Below, piece after piece: positions 42,616-56,000 of a DNA stretch of 64,000 bases. The position numbers were made by a program, and so were the translations under genes. The stretch covers positions 558,001-622,000 of the forward strand of contig CM007989.1 in the NCBI GenBank assembly GCA_002189035.1. Direction: 5' to 3'. Every line of letters begins with the position of its first letter. Within the stretch, counting starts at the first letter, position 1. This DNA comes from Utricularia gibba. Lineage: Eukaryota > Plantae > Magnoliophyta. The notes under the pieces were generated by a model. It was given only the letters and a program-made list of their open reading frames with translations, was not told the origin of the DNA and ran no database searches.

Positions 42616-45600
42616 TTACAGATTCCACCATTTCCGCTTCTCCATTGTCTTGGCGAGCTCCTGAGCCATGGAGGCGAAGTTCTCCGCTCCGCTTTGTAGC
42701 TCCTCCGTTCTCCGGCTGAGTCTCTGCGGTGACACAGAAAGATGACTGATTGTTTGTTTATTAAAGGGGACTGGCTGGTTCGGAATGCTCCCTCCATGGA
42801 AAGCTCACAGCATCCTGGAGTTGTAGGATTTACCTCAAGCTTCTCCTGGCGCTCTATGAGTTTGTCCCTTGCCTGCGATGCTGCACTTGCTGCAACCTGA
42901 AAACCGGGAAGTTCCATGGATTATCTCTGTGCATGTACTTCATCAAAATAACGAAGTTGAGATGCTGGAGCTAGAGGAGGAAGCCGCTCACGTCTGGCTT
43001 GCGATACTTGGCGATGATTTCTTCTCGTGTTCGCATTCTTGGCTTATCATCACTAGAACCTCCTTCGAACAGCTTTCTCCTGTCGCCCTCATTGTCTGAA
43101 AACCAGAAAGGTATGAGGGTCTCAATGATGCTTGAAAAACCAGAGCAGGGAAAGGATTATGCAAGTTTTACCTTTGATTTCATAAGTAACTTTGGAGCTT
43201 ATGGGCTCTGGCTCATCGATCTCAATGTCAATGTCATCTGGAATAAGCGATTTCAGCAGCATATTCTTTTCTTGAGAACAGAAAACCAACAAGGAGAAGA
43301 GAAGGTAGATTACCTATTCCGAGTTCCGTCGCATCGAGATCATAAGGACTGGAGAATGGAAACCTCGAAAATATTCTTTCCAGATGCTCTGCTAACATCC
43401 CTTGAGCTTCATTGTACTCCATGCTATGACTTGATTTAGATGCCTTCAACCCCTTCTTTATCATGTTGTTGACAAATCCACTGATAGCACTCTGTCGGAG
43501 ATGACCATGATTAATGAAGAAGAAGGAAACCGCATAAACATAGGAGTGAGTTGAACCAACCTTGTGTTTTTTTGGGATTGTTTTGGTAGAGGCAAGGACC
43601 TTATCATGTAGGCAAGGAAGCGACTCAGGAATCCTGAAATGGTTGTTTCTAGTTAGGGCTCCGGATATGAGACAGGGAAAAGTAGGCCATGGCAGGGGAT
43701 TACCTGAGCTCATTTTCGGATGCTGAAAGCGACAGTACAGCAAATTCATTACCATTTACCTATAGAAAGAAGGCATACAGGAGTCAGTTGCAAATACAGC
43801 ATAAAGGTTGGCAGCTTAATGCATACTGAAGAGGAGGCAACAACCAGTGCGATCAAGCCCTTCTTTGAAGCACTCATTGTCCTGTCCATGTTGTTCTTGA
43901 AGTTCCATCTCAAAATTGACATCAATGAGGTGCAGCTCAACAGTTGGAACTCTGGAAGAGTCCTAAAAGAAACGCCCATGTTTTGCACACAAACCAGTGA
44001 GTGGAAAAGTGTGATTCTACAGATATTTCTGATGAAATGACTATTGTGTATTCTATATGCGAATGCAACAAAAATGCATGAATTTTTACCTGATGTCAAT
44101 TTCGCCCGTTTGATACAGGAGTACCAGTTCACAATTGTCTACACCTTTCTTGAGGACTGCTGTCCATGAACATGGCTTCTCAAGTTTCAACTCTCGGATG
44201 GGTACTTTATCGCCCTGAGTCAAAAAATACTTGCTAGGAATCAGCATCTGGGGTTAACAGCGGTTAGATGAAGGACTTCATTAAAACTAGCTAGAACCTG
44301 AAGCAATGACTTCAACGCATACAGGAAGACTACTTCCTCACAACAAAGTAAAATCTGAGAATCCAGTGTCACATCTCCAACTTCTGATGTACTGCTCTGG
44401 TTTGTATCATGAGAACCAGTCGGTTCTACACCTGAAACAGATCGAATATGATGTAAATACTGGAGAAGAAAATACAACCTGACCACGTGACAAAAGCAAT
44501 ATCAAAAACTTGCCTAAAAAATGAAAGTTTATCGCAACCAAGTTTTCTTTATGATGGGAACTAAGTACGTTGCCGCTGCTGGTTTCCATCAGAACCATGC
44601 ACGCATCTCTAGTACAAACAAGAGCAATCTCCCTAGCAGATTCATAAACAGAGGCATGATCTGAGCTATCTTCTGTTGTCCTTGGATTATCAGGAGAAGT
44701 TGTAACAGCAATAGAAAAGATAGGAGATGAGCCCGCGAAACTGTCCACTATAAGTAAAACTGATGGCGAACCAGTGTCCAAAACCATAACCTGTATCACA
44801 GTCCACGGTGTTGTGGGAAAATATAATTATTTGAGAGTTGACTGAGTGTATTTTATTTCAAAAGAACAAGTACCTTTCCACATTGAAATCCAGATAGAAG
44901 TTTTGCACAGGATTTCGTAAATCGGAGAGCACGTACAGGAGATTTAAATATGGAATATATTATAGAGCAATTGTTCCTCTCTTCAGGTTGACAATGGTGA
45001 ACTGCCAACAAACTACATTCAGGGTGTAGCATTTTAAGGAGATATGAAACCTTTAAGTACCAACACAATGGTTGATAAAACGGTGCTAGAAATAAAGAAA
45101 AGATACTGATTTCATGTCACCACATGAATAAAGCTAAGAGACATGACTCTACATGCCATTTGTTGCTATTCAACCGAGAAATGAACGCATACCATAATGC
45201 TTGGATTCTGTATGAACTGCAATTTTTTTGTGACTGGAATTCGGATCTAGAGAATAAAGAAAAATCTGTGCAGAACAATAAGTGATGTCGTTAGTCAGCT
45301 CATTAAGGATGACAACAGCAAAACACATCTCTCCTTACCAGACCAGATTCATTTCCAACAGCAAAAGTTAAGGTAGGAATAGATAAGTCCAATGCTGTCA
45401 CTGATGAACTTGAACCCTCAATTGGGACACTTGTAACCTGCCAACGCACAATACATGAACTATGAATGAACATGTGCTGCACAACAGGGAGAGGAGATAG
45501 CAACTTTCAGTAGTGACCTCCTGTCCAAATACAGAAACCAGGGACAACACTGGTACTGTGGCATCCCAGATTCGGATGGATCCATCTTCATACCCTCCAA

Positions 45601-48197
45601 TGTACATTCTTTCCACTAAGTTTCTTTCATCAGCACGTATTTGATGCATGACACCACCTGCAAAAGGCCACTTTGACTTCCCACCAGCTGCTGAATTATC
45701 AGATTGATGCGTTGTACGTGAAACTGCCTAATAAAACTGTAACTGATCATTGCAATGAATGAATAGATGAAGGAAGCATGTACCATGCAAGATCATTTTT
45801 GAGTACCTCAAGAATTTTCTTTTCTAAGTCAATGGTGTAGAGTTTTCCAATAGTCATGTATGGATCCACAGTGGGTATGATGGAGCAGTATTCAGACGAA
45901 TCTATCATGTGGTTTTGTCCTTTTTCAGACTTCATGACAGATAGGGAAGCATATTCAGAGAAGTGTAATTGTCCTGGATTGGTCAAGATAAAGAATGAAG
46001 TGTTACTGGAACTTCTGTTATCCTCTTCATAAGAATTTGATATTACACATAAGTCCGCAAAAGATCCATGAAGCCTAAGGTCAACTCGGTCAATGCACTT
46101 CAATTTTGCTAGACCAGATGACCAATCAAGATCAAGGATCTGCAAAGGAATGAATATAAAATGAGGATATGAAGCCTTGCTAGGAATCACAACTTCATAC
46201 TGACTAGATGTCCTCATACTTTATATAAACATAACGAGTACATTATTGTATACAAACACGTGTAACAGAAAGAAGTGAGCATGAGACATGTGTAAAGAAA
46301 AGAACGGACCGTCAGCACTTCCTCTGATCCGATGTCTTCACCACCATAGACAAAAAGTTGGCCTCCATTCCTACTTTGAGTTTTGTTAGAAGACCAGTGA
46401 AGTACAATGACTGGTAGTCTTCTGTCTCCTGATGACAGCTGAATCTTCACAACATCATTATGAATTTTTTGACTCGTATGACTTTTTACATCATCTGAAA
46501 CAGACAGGTCCCACAGTAAAATATCTCCATCCACGTAGCCAACAGCAAGAAATGATCCATCGACTGACACCCAACAGAGAGAGCTTATTTCCTTTTCCAT
46601 TTCTTCTTCATCTGATGCATTTTGGTTGGCATAGTTCTCGTTATTTGAAAAGCTCACAATCATGCTCTCCTTCAGCTCAAGATCCTTATTTCCCTTGACG
46701 TGGATGGCTCTATCTTCAGTGACATCCCACAAAACAATAAGACCATTTCCATATGCAATCAGTACCCTATACATATTTGGAGGTTATCGTCAATGACCTT
46801 TCTTTGCAATGAAATCATGTAAACTGCTAGCAACTGAAACAAAAAAAAAAAAAATGGCATCCAATAATATGCTTAATCCATCATCTTCTCATAAGAAAAT
46901 GAGAAGCAATCTCATGTAGAAGGTTTCTGGGGTAAATACATAGAATAAGGCCATTTAAACATGTACGAAACGGGATAAATGAACTTAGAAAATCAGAAGT
47001 AAAATTTACCTGTTTCCACTTGAAAAAGGCTGAGGTAGTACGCCAACTATGGACTGATGATCAGGCATCGGAAATCCAGTCCCCTCTACAAACCAAAGAT
47101 GAAGATGAAATAGATGAAAGTATACAATTCACCATCTCAAGAACACAGAGCAGTCAGACGAAACACAAACTTTGAGATGGGCAAGTGAAATCCTGATGTT
47201 ATAGATCAATCATGATGGACAGAAAAATAACCAGTATGTTAAACATGAATATCTACCAACAAATTTTTTCATTGTCAATTCAACCCTCACAGCCATGTTC
47301 CTTGCTGCATTTGACATCTCAAAGATCCTCGATCACTGATATCAAAGTGTATAGGTATTAAAGGTTTTTATCTAGAATGAACAGGTACCAGCAATAAGAT
47401 TTGGTGGCATATGGTATGGCAACTGAAGAATATTCCTTTGTTCGAAATCATACTTTAACACAGATAGAAATCCATACTCATCTCCTGCATACCTGAATGG
47501 TCCAAGAATATCAATGAACAAAATGTTCATCTGCGAGATGCTAGAATACATAACTTACAAATCTCTTACATATAATTGGTACCAGAGATAACAGAAAATG
47601 CAGTAATATTGGACTCCCACTGTATGGAACAAGCTATAGATCTCGTTGCCAGATCCCAAATCTGTCAAGGTTACATTCGTGTGATGAATGAAACATGGAA
47701 TGTTAGATAAATGAACATATCATGCAATTGTACCTGAATTTCATTTTCACTGGAGACACTCACTAGAAAACCTTGGTTTTGAAAAAACTGGGGAAAAATG
47801 AAAAAAAAAAACCAGCATAAATAGATAGAAACTATTTTTCGTGCATCAGAAATATAAATGAGATACAAACGCAAACCTGTAAGTTCTTGAATGGTAAGGC
47901 TTTGGGAGACATAAAAAGCCCTTCTATACTGTCTCCACCAACCACTTTAATTCTTCCATCTCTGCAACAAAATACAAATATGCTCGGATGTTGCGTTTGT
48001 CACTTGATCCAAAGTTTGGCAACAAATAGGGAAAATTACAGCAACAAGTAAGCAATAATAAACCTCAAAAGGGGTTTTTTGACTCACAGTGTCCCTACTG
48101 CTAAGAGGCGTTGGATAGAATCGAAAGCAAGGATTGACGCAGTCGCTGGTATGCCATAATGAACAGCAACAATGGGCACAGATTCTGATGATGCCAT
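42616..48197 (-). CDS. Tomosyn/lethal-giant-larvae-like WD40 protein with C-terminal R-SNARE-like coil, many exons
   Basis: HYGIPATASILAFDSIQRLLAVGTL|DGRIKVVGGD, GYEDGSIRIWD, ends RLSRRTEELQSGAENFASMAQELAKTMEKRKWWNL*; start codon uncertain (an upstream exon is possible). Confidence 0.88.
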
Positions 48198-49827
48198 AAT
48201 TTAGTCAGATGAATACAGCTGCGAAAAATGGAAAAAGAGTTCATGGGTAAGAAAATTGGAAAACAGGAAACCGGATCGGGGAAAATTCCAGGAATTTCTT
48301 TCCTTGAATCGAACCTCATGAACTTAGTCCAAAAACAAGCTCCTCATTCCGCATCAAACTCAAAATTTCCATCTGGGATCGCAATTTCACGTACAACCCA
48401 ACCCAAAATGGAACATAAACAGATGATAAAAGCTCAATAAACTTTGAATTTTCAACAGAAGCTGTCTATTAAGGCCCAATCAAATCATTGACACTAAATC
48501 ATTTCCATTTTCCTCTCAATACACTAAATCATGGAGTGAATCCTAAGGCACCTGGATCAGAGGAGGAAAATGGGATAACAAAGAAACCCACCACTAGATG
48601 CCCAGCATATGTGAAACAGATTGAGAGAAAAAGATTGCTGACATTCACCTGGGAATAAACGAGAAGACGTGGCTTCCAAGGTTGATTGGGATTGGAGAGT
48701 AACAAGTCAAATCAAACTATTAAAAGCATCTAATGGTCAATTTTCGCAGTTATAGGTTCGACATTTTGCCTCTTCATTACGTACTCCTTTTCCCCCATGA
48801 TTCAGATCCTCTGGTCGGTGGAGAAGATCTTGATGCTCCAACGGTCGACACGGCACCAGTTCGAATCTCGAAGAGGACGCTTCAAAACAAAAAAAAAGGG
48901 AAAATTATTCTTTTTTATTTTCCATGGCACCACGTGGATACTGTTTGAATATAATTATTAATATTTAATTTACACTGGGCACGTGTTCATAAGCCCAACT
49001 GAAAAAAGGGCCCATCTACCTCTATCAGCGGCCCAGATCCACTGAAGAAATCTCTGTATATTATAATTTTAGGGTTGTGGTAGCAGGTTTTAAATACGAA
49101 TAAAACTAATTCATAAAAAATCAGTGTATTCTGAACCTAATAACCATATCACATATTGGTTAGGTATTCTTCTAATCTTATATAAAGGTTTTTCTTGAAT
49201 TGATAAAACGTAAAACTATAATAATTGGATATAAACTGATCTCAAATTGAAACTATAATAAGATTATGGTTTGAAGACTCTATTCTCATATATGAAAGTG
49301 GTATATAATCCATATAGTTATTTAAAAAAGTTTAATTTTTTAAATATATTAAAAATAATAGAAAATTGTTATTTTAATTATATTAAACAATCAAACAACT
49401 CAATTATATAATGTTTAATAATTTAAATTCATTTTTTAAAAGTATAATTGTTTTTTTAAAATACCTTTTGTGAAGACATTTTTATCAAATAATTTGTTTA
49501 CATGTTTTTTCAATAATTTTTTTGGGAATAATTACTTATTTTTAAGTAATTTATATATAAGTATTTATAATTGTTATTATGTTTTAAATATTATTTTATA
49601 CATAAATATTGAATAATAAATATTTATATACAAAAATATATACTTTTCGACAGTTTTTTTAAAAATATTGGATAAAAACATTTTATTTTAAAATATATAA
49701 TATATATTTTTATCTACAAAAACAATTAAAAATTCAAACAAGTGTGGATACCCTTTTTGAGTCTCGGTGTTCTCTGCCCCCTTCTGCCTCATGTATCAAT
49801 CCCGTAAATTTCAACAGAAAAGTCTCC

Positions 49828-49837
49828 TATATATAAG
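49828..49837 (+). promoter_or_regulatory. TATA box of clathrin heavy chain gene
   Basis: tatatataag ~20-30 nt upstream of the pyrimidine-rich leader. Confidence 0.55.
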
Positions 49838-49855
49838 CGCTCATTTTTTTGCTAG

Positions 49856-49961
49856 TCGCATTTTGCACATTTTTTTCCCTCAGATCAAAATTTCTCTCCT
49901 CGTTTTCTCCAGATCTCTCGTCGGTTCCTGTTTCTAGGAGAAATCGAGGGTTTGTACTCTT
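49856..49961 (+). promoter_or_regulatory. Putative 5'-UTR exon and donor of clathrin heavy chain; copy 2 of the leader shared with YOS1-like
   Basis: tcgcattttgcacatttttttccctcagatcaaaatttctctcctcgttttctccagatctctcgtcggttcctgtttctaggagaaatcgagg|gtttgtactctt; candidate intron 49950-50024 then ATG 50049. Confidence 0.7.
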
Positions 49962-50048
49962 CGCCTCATTCTCTGTTCATGCACTGATACTGTTTGCTGT
50001 CTAGATTCGTCTACAGTTTTCCAGATCCGGAGTTTTGAGTCGCTTACC

Positions 50049-53000
50049 ATGGCGGCCGCAAGCGCCCCGATCACTATGAAGGAAGCCCTCACGGTACGCT
50101 ACATTTTTTCGCATGATTTATTTTAATTTGATTCTTGTCTAGAAGTTGAGTTTTGCTGTTGCGATTATTCTCCATTGGCTCGCGATTTGATGTACGGACG
50201 GTATCTACAGTTTCTAAGAGGTTTTGGATTGGGCTTTTGTTGTTGAGTTGGATTAGTTTATGCACAGATCTGGTTGTTCTTTTTTATTTGATGGCGGTGA
50301 TGCACGAGTAGTTGCTGATCTTGGGTATTTTTTCCTGGTGATTGCAGCTGACTAGTATAGGAATCAATCCACAATTTATCACGTTTACAAATGTCACCAT
50401 GGAATCCGACAAATACATTTGTGTTCGTGAGACGGCTCCTGCAAATAGCGTTGTGATTATTGATATGAGCATGCCAATGCAGCCGTTGAGGCGACCAATT
50501 ACTGCGGATTCGGCTCTCATGAATCCAACTACAAAAGTTTTAGCATTAAAAGGTAAATTACATGTTAACGGGTTTGCAATATGATCAGAAGAGCACACTA
50601 TGATATTGTTCACCTTTTGGTGCCAAAAGACGTCAAAATTTCTTTCGCCCCTTCACTATTTACACTGAAGATGAGCTGTTTGTCTGTCATTGTATGGGAG
50701 CAGCACAACTCCCTGGAACGACTCAGGATCATTTGCAAATTTTCAATATTGAAGCTAAGACGAAGGTGAAATCTCATCAGATGCCTGAGCAGGTGCATTA
50801 TTTCTCCTTCTGAATTACTGGATTCTCATACTGCTCCTGTTTCTCGCCTGTAAATGTCATTTAGGCGAACTATGCTTTTGCAGGTTGTCTTTTGGAAGTG
50901 GATTTCACCTAAAATGCTAGGGATAGTTACACAAACTTCAGTTTATCATTGGGTTATTGAAGGTAGAGGAGTCTCAATCCTTTTATTTTACTATGTTCCG
51001 CCCTTTTTTGCATTCTTGTCGTGATATGTTTTGAAATTTTTTCATCAGGCGAGGCTGAGCCTGTGAAAATGTTTGAAAGGACTGCTAATTTGGCCAACAA
51101 CCAAATCATCAATTATAAATGTGATCCTTCTGAAAAGTGGTTGGTTTTGATCGGAATTGCACCTGGCTCACCCGAGGTTTGTGTTATGAACTATTTTATA
51201 ATGTCCTCCAAAAAATTCTGCAACAAGTGTCTCAGGAGAAGTACTTAGTTTTCTGCATATTTCAAATTAAACTTTTCCTTGCTGACTCTGGTATGCGATT
51301 GTTGGAAATACTTCAGCGGCCTCAGCTAGTCAAGGGAAATATGCAACTTTTTTCTGTGGATCAGCAGCGTAGTCAAGCACTTGAAGCCCATGCTGCGTCA
51401 TTTGCTTCCTTTAGGGTATATATTACTGTTTTTTCATTTGGCATTTATTAGCTGGGTTTCTACTAATCTATATATTTTCCTGTACTTGCATCTCAAGCAG
51501 GTTGCGGGAAATGATAAGGATTCTATTCTTATATCTTTTGCAACTAAAACATCTAATGCTGGTCAAACGCTATCGAAGTTGCATGTCATCGAGCTTGGTG
51601 CCCAACCAGGTTTTAATTTTTTTTTCTCTCTCTTAGCATGCTTCAGCAGGGCTAATCAGCGGAGCTTTTGTAGGTAAACCAGCATTCACAAAAAAGCAAG
51701 CAGACCTTTTCTTCCCTCCTGATTTTGCTGATGATTTTCCAGTGGCCATGCAGGTAGCACCCTTGTTTTTCAGAGGCTTTCCTTGTTGTATTTCCAATAA
51801 TGTATTTTCATATCTACCCCTTTTCTCGCAGATATCCCATAAATATGGCCTCATTTATGTCATTACAAAGTTAGGCCTTCTTTTTGTGTATGATCTGGAA
51901 ACTGCCACAGCTGTTTACAGAAATAGAATCAGCCCAGATCCTATTTTCCTTACATCGGAAGCATCTGATTTGGGGGGATTCTATGCTATTAATAGGAGAG
52001 GGCAGGTTCTACATGCCAATGTAAATGAATCAACTGTTGTGCCTTTTGTCAGTGGTCAGGTGGGTTTTCTTTTCCACATGCATAGTATTTTTGTATAAAT
52101 TTGGATGTTGTTAATTATCATTAAATTTCAACAGTTAAATAACCTGGAGCTTGCTGTTAATCTTGCAAGAAGAGGAAACCTCCCCGGAGCAGAAAATCTG
52201 GTCAGTCAATTTTTCACCTTTGATGCTTTCGAATAAGCGCTTAGCATTGCCCTTATGAAGTTGAATGTTATAAGAGCTTACTTTTTGTTTTTTTGCTTTC
52301 AATAGGTCGTCCAGCGTTTTCAAGAATTGTTTGCTCAAACCAAGTACAAGGAGGCTGCAGAGCTCGCTGCTGAATCTCCTCAAGGAATTCTTAGGACAAT
52401 GGAGACAATTTCCAAGTTCCAGGTGAAGTTGTTACTTCGAAGAAGTTATCCTTGTTTCCAGGAAACCATTTGGTTGGACTAGTTGCCATAGGCTGTTTAG
52501 TTCTCTTGGTGATGTGGGAGCTCAGTTATTTGTTTATGTTTTCAGGAAACCGTTTGGTTTGACTAGTTGCAATAATCTCTTTAGACCTCAGTACGGTGGA
52601 GCTGAGATATTTTCTTATGTTTTCAGAGTGTGCCTGTTCAAGCTGGGCAAACACCGCCATTGCTGCAGTATTTTGGGACACTCTTAACAAAGGGGAAACT
52701 GAATGCCTACGAGTCCTTGGAGTTATCTCGTATTGTTGTCAACCAGAACAAGAAAAATTTACTGGAGAACTGGTTGGCTGAAGACAAGCTGGAATGCAGT
52801 GAAGAGCTTGGGGATCTCGTAAAGGTACTTCAAATGTACTTTCTGCAGTAGATTCCTTGACTTTTGAACACTCACAGTTTCATTGATAGACCATCTTTTC
52901 ACTTATTTTTAGACGGTTGACAATGACCTTGCCCTTAAAATATATATTAAAGCCAGAGCAACACCAAAGGTCGTAGCAGCTTTTGCTGAGCGCCGGGAGT

Positions 53001-56000
53001 TCGACAAGATCTTAATATACTCAAAGCAGGTTACACCATAGTATTGCTTCAGCACTCTTGTTTGATCAGAAGATCTCAAGGGACCTGGTTCTTGTTTCTG
53101 TATTTCTATCACCGATGGAGTTCTCTGCATGAAGATGATTGATTTTATTATGACAGGTTGGATACTCACCTGACTATTTGTTCCTTCTGCAAACGATTCT
53201 CCGGTCAGATCCTACGGTATGCTGCAATGCAAGAGCTGATGACCCTCTTGCATGTTTATCCTTGAGCAGAACGTTTGTATTTTCATCCTCGCCACCAATT
53301 TATGTATAATGTATGCAGGGAGCTGTAAATTTTGCTCTTATGATGTCCCAAATGGAAGGTGGCTGCCCTGTTGATTACAATACCATAACTGATCTTTTTC
53401 TTCAGGTGTGAATGTGTTTTTTTTATGAACCCTTATTTTTGCTTCATTTGTACACCTTTTTTAAAGGCCCTTAGTGTAATGAAATATTAAGTTGTGTATT
53501 AATTAAAAACTTTATTCAGAGGAACATGATCCGTGAGGCAACTGCATTTCTCTTGGATGTTCTGAAGCCTAATCTGCCGGAGCATGCGTTCCTGCAGACA
53601 AAGGTGAATCATCACTGCTTTTCTATTTGACTCTTTGTGAAGATTCGTTGTTGTTTCCTTGATTCATGTTAGGTTCCTATTTCAGGTTCTGGAGATCAAT
53701 CTTGTGACATTTCCTAATGTTGCGGATGCTATCTTGGCTAATGGTATGTTTAGTCACTATGATAGGCCACGCATAGCACAGCTTTGTGAGAAAGCTGGAT
53801 TGTATGTTCGAGCTCTTCAGGTTTAGAAATCAGTACAATGGGCTATTTTTGTTGCTGTGATTTGGTGATTTTCTTTCCACTGAACCTTAATTCGATGGTT
53901 GCAGCATTACTCTGAGTTGTCAGATATCAAGCGTGTTATCGTGAATACTCATGCAATTGAACCTCAGGTGATTCAGTTAATAACGCTTCTGCTATGTTTT
54001 CCAGTCTGTGCCACTGATATGCATTTTTTTCTTCATCGCAGGCTCTTGTTGAGTTCTTTGGAACATTGTCCAAAGAATGGGCACTCGAGTGTATGAAGGA
54101 TCTGTTATTGGTTAATTTGAGGGAAATCTTCAGATTATCGTTCAGGTGGGAATGTGATTCGTGTTGGATATGGTTAACTTATTTCCCCTTGAGGGAAGCC
54201 TACTGCTATTATGTATTCTGAATGTGTATTGAGGAAATCTAAATCTTTTGCTTAAGTTGTTTGTTCATCACTCTAGTCCATGCTTACTAATTGCCAAGCA
54301 TTGAGCAGGTTGCAAAAGAATATTGTGAACAATTGGGAGTTGAAGCATGCATTAAACTGTTTGAGCAGTTCAAGTCATATGAAGGATTGTATTTCTTCCT
54401 GGGATCGTATTTGAGTTCAAGGTCGCCTATTTTTCAAAGCATGACTGTTTGTTCACTTTTTGTACTTTAAGTTTTATGATTGACTTGGTTCCATTTTTTT
54501 GGCAGTGAGGACCCTGAGATTCACTTCAAATACATTGAATGTGCTGCAAAGACTGGGCAAATCAAAGAGGTTGAACGTGTTACAAGGGAATCGAATTTCT
54601 ATGACCCTGATAAAACCAAGAACTTTTTGATGGAAGCAAAACTTCCTGATGCACGGCCATTGATCAATGTTTGTGATCGCTTTAACTTTGTGCCTGACCT
54701 GACACACTACTTGTACTCCAACAACATGCTTCGCTACATTGAAGGCTATGTGCAGAAAGTACGGTTTCTTTGTGACTCAATATTTCTTGAGATGGCGTCA
54801 TCCTTTCATGTTCTGAAGCCTTGATTTTATGATAGGTTAATCCTGGAATGCACCCTTAGTTGTAGGACAGCTCCTGGACGATGAGTGCCCTGAAGACTTC
54901 ATCAAGGGCCTCATCCTTTCTGTACGCTCTCTGCTTCCTGTTGAGCCCCTGGTTGAGGAATGCGAAAAAAGGTAATTTCATGTATTCTGTTTGAGAGTCT
55001 TTTAAAAAGATTTATGTGTTTATATATGGTTTTAATTTTAGGAATCGTCTTCGTCTGCTCACTCAATTTTTGGAGCACCTTGTGAGTGAGGGTAGCCAAG
55101 ATGTTCATGTTCACAACGCTTTGGGCAAGATCATAATAGACAGCAACAATAATCCGGAGCACTTCTTAACAACTAACCCATATTATGATTCTCGTGTGGT
55201 GGGTAAATATTGTGAGAAGCGTGATCCTACACTTGCTGTTGTGGCATATCGGAGAGGACAGTGTGATGATGAACTTATTAATGTCACAACTAAAAACTCA
55301 CTATTCAAGCTTCAAGCCAGGTTAGTATACCTGCTATGCCTTTACTACTTTTCATACACTGTTGGTCTATTGTGGCTCATATATGTCATTGCCATTTCAG
55401 GTATGTGGTTGAAAGAATGGATGCTGATCTCTGGGCTAAGGTCCTTGACCCAGAAAATGAATTCAGAAGGTTGCTCATTGATCAAGTTGTATCCACTGCC
55501 TTGCCAGAGAGCAAAAGTCCTGAGCAAGTTTCTGCAGCTGTTAAGGCCTTCATGACTGCTGATCTTCCACATGAACTCATTGAGTTGCTCGAAAAGATTG
55601 TGCTTCAAAACTCTGCTTTCAGTGGAAACTTCAACCTCCAAAACCTACTCATCTTAACTGCAATCAAGGCAGATCCTTCGAGGGTCATGGACTATGTTAA
55701 CAGGCTTGATAACTTTGATGGCCCAGCTGTTGGAGAGGTGGCTGTGGAAGCTCAATTGTACGAGGAAGCATATGCCATTTTCAAAAAGTTCAATCTGAAC
55801 GTTCAGGCTGTTAATGTATTGCTGGATAATATTCGAGACATTAATAGAGCAGTGGAATTTGCATTTAGAGTGGAGGAGGATGCTGTCTGGAGTCAGGTGG
55901 CTAAAGCTCAACTCAGGGAAGGACTTGTTAGTGATGCAATTGAATCGTTTATTCGTGCTGATGATGCAACTCAATTCCTGGAAGTCATCAAAGCCGCAGA

